From NCBI GenBank assembly GCA_965209055.1, contig OZ242374.1, forward strand, positions 1,856,001 through 1,920,000: a stretch of DNA of 64,000 nucleotides. The letters are read 5' to 3'. Positions 58,463 to 64,000 of the stretch are shown one piece after another (the stretch's first letter is position 1; each line of letters starts with the position of its first letter). The translations under genes and the position numbers were made by a program. The DNA comes from Acidobacteriota bacterium. Lineage in GTDB: Bacteria; Acidobacteriota; UBA6911; RPQK01; JAJDTT01. The notes under the pieces were generated by a model. The model was not told the DNA's origin, ran no database searches, and saw only the letters and a program-made list of their open reading frames with translations.

Positions 58463-59029
58463 CTAGTGTCTTGCTGAAATCCGTTTGGCCAAGCTGTGGG
58501 GCAACACCGGTATCGTTCCTTCCGCAAGCAGATCGCCGACTTCCGTCACCAGCGAAGAACTGTCCGGATCGATGGCCAGGTTTCTCTCCACCAGCGCCCG
58601 CGCCTCGCGGTCCCGCTCCTTCATGCTCTGGGCCAGGATCGCCGCCGCCAGAGCTTGGCCGTAGAAGGACGCGACGAGTTCCGCCCGCGGGCTCATTTCA
58701 CCCAGCAGGTGGAGTCCCTTGAGCAGGTCGGTCACCTCTTGGAAGATGTGTCCCAGCCGCCGCCGCGTTCCGCTCCAGTTCTCCCCCGACGTCAATTGAC
58801 GGGCGACCTGCATGTGGTAGGTCCGAAGCCCTTCGGCCAGCGTCGTCGCCACCACCATGTCCTGGTCCGCCGCTTTCTTCCCGGCCTCCAGCAACTGCTT
58901 CCGGGTCAGCCCCATGGCCGGAACGAACACGATGGGAGTCCTCTGCGTTCTTCCCAAAATGGATTCCACCACCCGCAGGATCGTGTCCGCCGACTGGATC
59001 TCTCCGCTCTTCAATTCCAATGTGTCCAT
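58463..59029 (-). CDS. aspartokinase-like N-terminal domain protein lacking catalytic motifs
   Basis: PIVFVPAMG..QLL, H..VARQL, LLKGLHLLGEMSPRA...YGQAL and LLAEGTIPVL recall LysC/ThrA kinase segments; KFGG, GF and RGGSD motifs are absent. Confidence 0.55.
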   Translation of the reverse strand: MDTLELKSGEIQSADTILRVVESILGRTQRTPIVFVPAMGLTRKQLLEAGKKAADQDMVVATTLAEGLRTYHMQVARQLTSGENWSGTRRRLGHIFQEVTDLLKGLHLLGEMSPRAELVASFYGQALAAAILAQSMKERDREARALVERNLAIDPDSSSLVTEVGDLLAEGTIPVLPHSLAKRISARH

Positions 59030-59192
59030 GGCAGTGAAACCTGTAACGAACGACTTCCTGGAAACGCCACATTACCAAAATCAGGCTCTCTGCTCACCCC
59101 TCCACCGGCGTTCATGGACCGGTTTTGTGCCAAGTGATATAACTCTTTGAAGCCCAGACCGAGTCAGGCATTCACCCGCGCCAGGAGGCCTC

Positions 59193-60446
59193 ATGGGTCG
59201 AAAAGCTTTCCTTGCAAGTTCCTTGATGCTGGCCCTGGCCACTTCATTTCTTCCCGGACAGCAGAATTCCATAGGCCGGGGAGACCGTGAAGGGCCAAAC
59301 CGGCAACCCGGGGGAAGAAACGTCGACGGGCCGGCCGAGCAGGTCTGGAGCGAGCGGGCCGGAGAGATGCGAGACCGGAGAATGCCCAGGCCCATGTTCC
59401 TCGCCGGCAAGGTGGTGACCGAGGACGGGGGGCCGGTCCCCGAGACCATCGTGGTGGAACTGGTTTGCCACGCATCGGTGCGGCAGCAGGTCCATACCTT
59501 CAAGGGAGGGCAGTTCAGCTTCGACCTGAGTCCGAATCCAAGCTCCGCGTTCCTCGATGCCAGCGTCGCGCGCAACGACGCCGACAACGTGAACCCCTTC
59601 GCCCGGGTTCCGGGAGGCGAGTACACCGCCGGTGGAGATCAGGTGGACCTGTCCGGCTGCGAGGTGAGGGCCAATCTTCCCGGCTTCGTCTCGGACCGGA
59701 TCCAACTCGGGCTGCGAAGAGCTCTGGACCGTCCCGACATCGGCGCCATCGTCATCAAACGCCGGGAGGGCGTCGTCGGCTCCACTGTGAGCTTCACCGC
59801 CCTGGCGGCGCCCAGAAAGGCCAGGAAGGCGTACGCCAAGGCCGAAAAGGAACTGAGAAAAGAAAAGACGAATCTGGACAAGGTTCGGAAGGAGTTGGAG
59901 AAGGCGGTCCGAGCCTATCCCAAGTACGCCACCGCCTGGCATCTCCTGGGTCTGGTCCGGATGGACCACCAGGACGAAGAGGGGGCGCGGCAAGCCTTCG
60001 AAGCCTCCATCGAGGCGGATGAGAATTACATTCGTCCCTATATATCTCTGGTGGACATGGAAATCCGCGCCGGCGACTGGCCGCGGATTTCCGAACTGTG
60101 CGGGAAGGTGGTGGAGTTGAACCCCTTCATGGTGCGGTGCCGGTACTACCACGCCGTGGCCAGTCTGAACCTGGGCCGGATGGAGGCGGCGGAAGCGTCG
60201 GCCATCAAGGTGCAGGAGAGCCAGGATTTCCGGTTCCTGTCCGGAAGCCACTACATCCGGGGAGCCGTCCTGGCCCGCAGGGGGGACTTCGAGTCGGCCG
60301 CAAAACAGTTCCGGCATTTTCTGAAGATCGCTCCGGAAGGCCGGGGTGCGGCCCGGATCAAGGAGAATCTCGTGGCCTGGGAGCGGCAGGGCCTGATCCA
60401 GGCCGATAAACCATCTCTCACCCAAGCCGGACAAACATTCCAATAG
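59193..60446 (+). CDS. exported protein with beta-rich N-domain and TPRs (paralog 1)
   Basis: Signal peptide; GKVV.EDG..VELVC...LSGC; STVSF..LAAP.KA; TPRs. Confidence 0.8.
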   Translation: MGRKAFLASSLMLALATSFLPGQQNSIGRGDREGPNRQPGGRNVDGPAEQVWSERAGEMRDRRMPRPMFLAGKVVTEDGGPVPETIVVELVCHASVRQQVHTFKGGQFSFDLSPNPSSAFLDASVARNDADNVNPFARVPGGEYTAGGDQVDLSGCEVRANLPGFVSDRIQLGLRRALDRPDIGAIVIKRREGVVGSTVSFTALAAPRKARKAYAKAEKELRKEKTNLDKVRKELEKAVRAYPKYATAWHLLGLVRMDHQDEEGARQAFEASIEADENYIRPYISLVDMEIRAGDWPRISELCGKVVELNPFMVRCRYYHAVASLNLGRMEAAEASAIKVQESQDFRFLSGSHYIRGAVLARRGDFESAAKQFRHFLKIAPEGRGAARIKENLVAWERQGLIQADKPSLTQAGQTFQ

Positions 60447-60469
60447 ACACGCAGGCAGGCGGCTCTTTC

Positions 60470-61675
60470 ATGTGCAGAAACAAACTGACCCGGTTCCGGC
60501 TGGCGGCGTTGCTGGCCGGGCCGCTGCTGTTCGTGCCCGTGTCTCCGGCCCAGAACGTCCGGCCGGGTCCTCTGTTCGGGACGACTGACGACCGGCCGCA
60601 GGACGCCGACCTCACCGGTAGAAGCTTCGATGACAACCGTTTCGAGGTCCCGAAGCGGCTGCTGCTGGCCGGACAGGTGATCCTGGAGGACGGAAATCCC
60701 CTCCCCGAGTCCCTGAATGTCGAGCTGGCCTGCGGCGGCTCGGTCCGGCAGGAGACTCACACCTACGGAGACGAAGGCCGGTTCAGCTTCGAGTTGGGCG
60801 GCAGCGGGGGGTCCAACAACCGCGCCGGAACGGGCTCCGACACCTTCGATCCCTTTTCCCGCGTTCCCGGGGAACGCCAGGACGCCCAGAGATTCGATCT
60901 CAGCGGTTGCGTGATCCGGACGGCGCTGGAAGGTTTCCGGTCCAACACCATCTCCCTGGGTGTCCGCAGCTACATGGACAGCTCGGACGTGGGAGTGATC
61001 GTACTGAGGCGCCTGGAACACGTGGGCGGTTCGACGGTCAGCTTCAACACCCTCGCCGCTCCCAAGAAGGCGCAGAGGCACTACCGGGAGGCCGACCTGG
61101 AGTTGAAGAAGCAGCAGGGGGACGTCCAAAAGGCCATCCGGCACCTGAAAGAGGCCATCGAACTCTACCCCGAGTTCGCCGCCGCCTGGTACCTCCTGGG
61201 CCGATGCCACCATGCTCTCCGGGACCGGGAGACGGCCCGGAAGCATTTCCGAAGGGCGGCGGACGCCGATCCCAAGTACCTGCGGCCCTACATGTTTCTG
61301 GCCATGATGGCGGTCCGGGATGAGTCCTGGGAGGAAGCGGCGCGCAACTGTGACCACGTCGTCGGCCTGAATCCGCATATCATGCGGGCCCAGTACTTCA
61401 GCGCCGTCGCCAACCTGCAACTGGGCCGGCTGGACCGGGCCTTGAAGTCGATCAAGGCGGTCCGGGAGAACGGCTCCAAGAGATACCTCGCCGGAAGCCA
61501 CTACGTCCACGGAGCCATCCTGGCGCAGAAAAGGGACTTCGCCGGCGCCGCCCGGGAGTTCCGGAACTTCATCGCCCTCAAATCAGGCGACAAGGCTTCC
61601 CGGGAACTCCAACAGAGGCTGGCCGCCTGGGAGCAGCAAGGCCTGATCCGGCCGGAAAGGAGCGGCGACTTTTAG
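60470..61675 (+). CDS. exported protein with beta-rich N-domain and TPRs (paralog 2)
   Basis: Colinear with the upstream gene (PFxRVPG, DLSGC, GSHYxxGAxLA, AWExQGLI). Confidence 0.8.
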   Translation: MCRNKLTRFRLAALLAGPLLFVPVSPAQNVRPGPLFGTTDDRPQDADLTGRSFDDNRFEVPKRLLLAGQVILEDGNPLPESLNVELACGGSVRQETHTYGDEGRFSFELGGSGGSNNRAGTGSDTFDPFSRVPGERQDAQRFDLSGCVIRTALEGFRSNTISLGVRSYMDSSDVGVIVLRRLEHVGGSTVSFNTLAAPKKAQRHYREADLELKKQQGDVQKAIRHLKEAIELYPEFAAAWYLLGRCHHALRDRETARKHFRRAADADPKYLRPYMFLAMMAVRDESWEEAARNCDHVVGLNPHIMRAQYFSAVANLQLGRLDRALKSIKAVRENGSKRYLAGSHYVHGAILAQKRDFAGAAREFRNFIALKSGDKASRELQQRLAAWEQQGLIRPERSGDF

Positions 61676-61776
61676 TCGCCGGGAGGGGGGGTAGCGGAAC
61701 AGAGTCCCTCTCTCCACTTTCCATCCAGCGAGTCGCGTGGCAGCAGGAAACAGGGGGGACTAACAGTCCCCCCTCC
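61659..61776. repeat. inverted pair of GGAG-hairpin elements overlapping both convergent stop codons
   Basis: Plus GGAG CGGCGAC TTTTA GTCGCCG (61659-61681, contains the TAG); minus GGAG GGGGGAC TGTTA GTCCCCC (61754-61776). Confidence 0.78.
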
Positions 61777-63566
61777 TATTCGGCGATAAACGTCATCTCC
61801 CACTCCCCCACCTTGGTCAGAGGCGTCGAGGCATGGACCAGGTTCGGTTCGCCGGCCTGAATCCAGTCGTCCAGCTCCTGCATGTGGCCGAGCCGACGGA
61901 GGTGCTGGTAGGACCCCGCGTCGATCTTGTCGACGGCCCAGGTCTTGGAGCTGTCCCAGAAGGCCAGGTAGGGAACGCCGGCCTTCAGGAGCTGGTGGGC
62001 TTTCCTCCGGTACTGTTCGGGCATCAAGACCCTGGGCATGACGTTGAGTGCCAGCTCGCATTCCGTTCCCCGAGTCAGCGACAGCCAATACTCGACGTCC
62101 CCGGCCCTCTCCCAGGCCAACTCCCAACTGAAGAGACCCTCGGCCGAGGTATAGGGGACGACGCCGTCGATGAGTCCCTCGCGGATCCAACCGGGCACGT
62201 CCATGGCATAGAAGAGGTTCTCCTCTTCGCCGCCGAAGACCCACGCCGACAGGGCCGGCGGCCGGGAACGTCCCTGGCGGCGGGCCTGCCGGTGCATCCT
62301 CTCCCGGAGCTCCCGCATGAAACCGGTGAGAACGCTCGCCCTGAAACGAAGCCAACGCGGATCTCTCTCGTCGATCTCCCGGGGGTCCTGGCCGTGCTTC
62401 TCCCGGAATCCATCCACCACCGGAGGCTCGTACTCGACATACGGAGGCCGGCGATTGTAGAGGATCGAGATCCCGTCGACGGGATACCCGGCCATCTCCA
62501 GGAAGAGCGAGATCAAAAACTCCCGGGTCTCCGGGTAGCTCAACGAGATCCGGGGCGCCCGGCTGCCATCCCGGCGCACCGCCCTCAGTTCGGGATGCCG
62601 GTCGTAGAATCCTCCCCGGTTGATCTGGTCGAAGGGCGGGGAGAAGTGAAACGGCCCCATGCCCTCGCAGAACCGGTAGCTGGCGTGGAACTCGAGTCCC
62701 AGCTCGTGGCTGTAGTCGATGGCGACGCGGAAGGGATCGATCCCCCGCTTCTCGTATTCGGCGAAGTTCTCCACGATCCGCCGGTAGGCGGGAACCGGAT
62801 AGTCCTCCATCCGCGCGTATTCCGGAGTCCAGGTCCTGGCGACCCGGCTGAAGTAGGAGCAGAGGTCGCCGGCGGCCCCCTCCCAGTAGATCCGCTTGAA
62901 GTCGGTGTGCCGGTAGGCCTCCAACTGGTCCCGGATCGCCCCCTCGCCGGCATCCCAGGCGAAACCCGAACCCCAGTCCTGGGTGGCGAAGAGCCTTCGG
63001 GTGCCGGTCTGTTTCCGGTCTGATTGAAGCGCCGTGACCTCATCGGCATCGAGGGGGACCAATTTGATGTAGGCAACCCAGACCGTGTCGCAGGTGCTGC
63101 GGCAGGGATGGCCGTCGGGGATCAGCTCGGTGGCCACCTGCTTGAAGCTCAGGCGCTGTCCCGTCAGGTCGGCGGTCCTCCAGAACAGGTCCTGGATCAC
63201 CTGACCCTTCTCGACGTCGGGAGCCTGGAGAAAGAGGCAACTGAAGGCGGGGTCTTCCGTCAATTTCACCCAGAGGCGCTGATCCAGGTACGGCCTCCAA
63301 GCGGTATTGAACAATCCCAGGTAGACATCGTGCCACCCTTCGAGTTCCAGGGGATATTCCACGGCGGCGGCCGCCGTCTCGGGTCCGGCCCGCAGCATGA
63401 TGCCCTTGAAGTGCTCCGTCTCGTAGTCGATCATCCGCCAGCCGAAGAGCCGGCCCTCCCGGCTCAGCGCCGAGGCCGGCAGGCAGCGATCCAGATCGGA
63501 CAGGTACCGAGGGGAATTCCGCCGGGCAGGCCCCATGATCTCCGTTGCTTCCGGTGGACTCGTCAT
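61776..63566 (-). CDS. hypothetical protein with a glycoside-hydrolase-like (GHL10/DUF187-like) TIM barrel
   Basis: IDPFRVAIDYSHELGLEFHASYR, FYDRHPE, SLSYPETRE, YPVDG, MDVPGWIREGLID. Confidence 0.6.
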   Translation of the reverse strand: MTSPPEATEIMGPARRNSPRYLSDLDRCLPASALSREGRLFGWRMIDYETEHFKGIMLRAGPETAAAAVEYPLELEGWHDVYLGLFNTAWRPYLDQRLWVKLTEDPAFSCLFLQAPDVEKGQVIQDLFWRTADLTGQRLSFKQVATELIPDGHPCRSTCDTVWVAYIKLVPLDADEVTALQSDRKQTGTRRLFATQDWGSGFAWDAGEGAIRDQLEAYRHTDFKRIYWEGAAGDLCSYFSRVARTWTPEYARMEDYPVPAYRRIVENFAEYEKRGIDPFRVAIDYSHELGLEFHASYRFCEGMGPFHFSPPFDQINRGGFYDRHPELRAVRRDGSRAPRISLSYPETREFLISLFLEMAGYPVDGISILYNRRPPYVEYEPPVVDGFREKHGQDPREIDERDPRWLRFRASVLTGFMRELRERMHRQARRQGRSRPPALSAWVFGGEEENLFYAMDVPGWIREGLIDGVVPYTSAEGLFSWELAWERAGDVEYWLSLTRGTECELALNVMPRVLMPEQYRRKAHQLLKAGVPYLAFWDSSKTWAVDKIDAGSYQHLRRLGHMQELDDWIQAGEPNLVHASTPLTKVGEWEMTFIAE

Positions 63567-63682
63567 CGCCTCCTCTCCGAGGCGGGGAGCGAGATTGCCG
63601 GACCTCCCGTAGCCGAAACTCCTGTTGCCACGAATTCGCGTCGATTCATCGGCGAATTCTACCTACAATCGTCTATCTGAAC

Positions 63683-64000
63683 ATGCGTCTGTTGACTCGT
63701 TGGCACAGGGAACCGGGGGCGCGGGTCGAAGGGTCAAGGGATCTGGACCGGTCCAAGGTGCAGGCGCCCGGCGTGGTGGTGGTTCCGTCGGGCGGGTTCC
63801 GCCTCTTTTACACCGCCGTGGGACCGGCCAAGCCCTTCCCGGAGTGCCAGGGCTACATCCTCAGCGCATTCTCCCACGACGGTCTCCGATTCCGCCCTGA
63901 GCCGGGAATTCGGGTGGCGCCCCGGCCCGGCATTCCCCACCTGTCGCTGCGGGTGCTGGCCCCTTCGGCGACCCGGACGGACGAGGGCCATTGGCGGATG
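63683..64000 (+). CDS. 5' part of a beta-propeller/glycosidase-like protein; runs off the right edge
   Basis: Manual translation MRLLTRWHREPGARVEG...APGVVVVPSGGFRLFYT...ILSAFSHDGLRFRPEPGIRV...APS...GHWRM is open to the window end. Confidence 0.6.
   Translation, partial: MRLLTRWHREPGARVEGSRDLDRSKVQAPGVVVVPSGGFRLFYTAVGPAKPFPECQGYILSAFSHDGLRFRPEPGIRVAPRPGIPHLSLRVLAPSATRTDEGHWRM

Noticed and set aside
59110-59135. Minus-strand TGGCAC as a sigma54 promoter
   Set aside because: No TTGC at the -12 position.
63734-63991. 85-aa minus-strand ORF at the right edge
   Set aside because: A more protein-like plus-strand frame opens at 63683 and runs off the window.

Overview
GC-rich bacterial chromosomal window, most consistent with Acidobacteriota (inference from the two giant TonB-dependent receptors ending in ...RQIQIGFRFSF and the abundance of TPR, ASPIC/UnbV, FG-GAP and PQQ-propeller proteins). 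It holds about 50 CDSs and one tRNA-His. Housekeeping and metabolic genes include sat, cysH, pabB, ilvC, mobA, pyrE, a glcD-glcE fusion with glcF, two TPP enzymes, a desaturase and a peptide ABC transporter. No integrase, transposase, rRNA or CRISPR array was seen. Most notable observations: (1) a predicted lipoprotein fusing a heme-c motif, a complete PHM/DBH-type copper-monooxygenase ligand set and a TPR array, just upstream of two near-identical TonB receptors; (2) a ~0.8 kb diverged direct repeat bracketing an S8 peptidase, each copy carrying a membrane-anchored coiled-coil gene with a different number of 33-bp repeats, one copy carrying a dead glcF 3' end; (3) at least 15 GGAG-hairpin REP-like elements with covarying stems, arranged singly, as inverted pairs and as a tandem array; (4) a signal-peptide-bearing triple-RidA protein; (5) a stand-alone aspartokinase-like fragment lacking the catalytic motifs; (6) a peptide ABC operon extended by a deacetylase-like protein and an Eis-type acetyltransferase. 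All calls rest on motif recognition by eye; no database searches were run.
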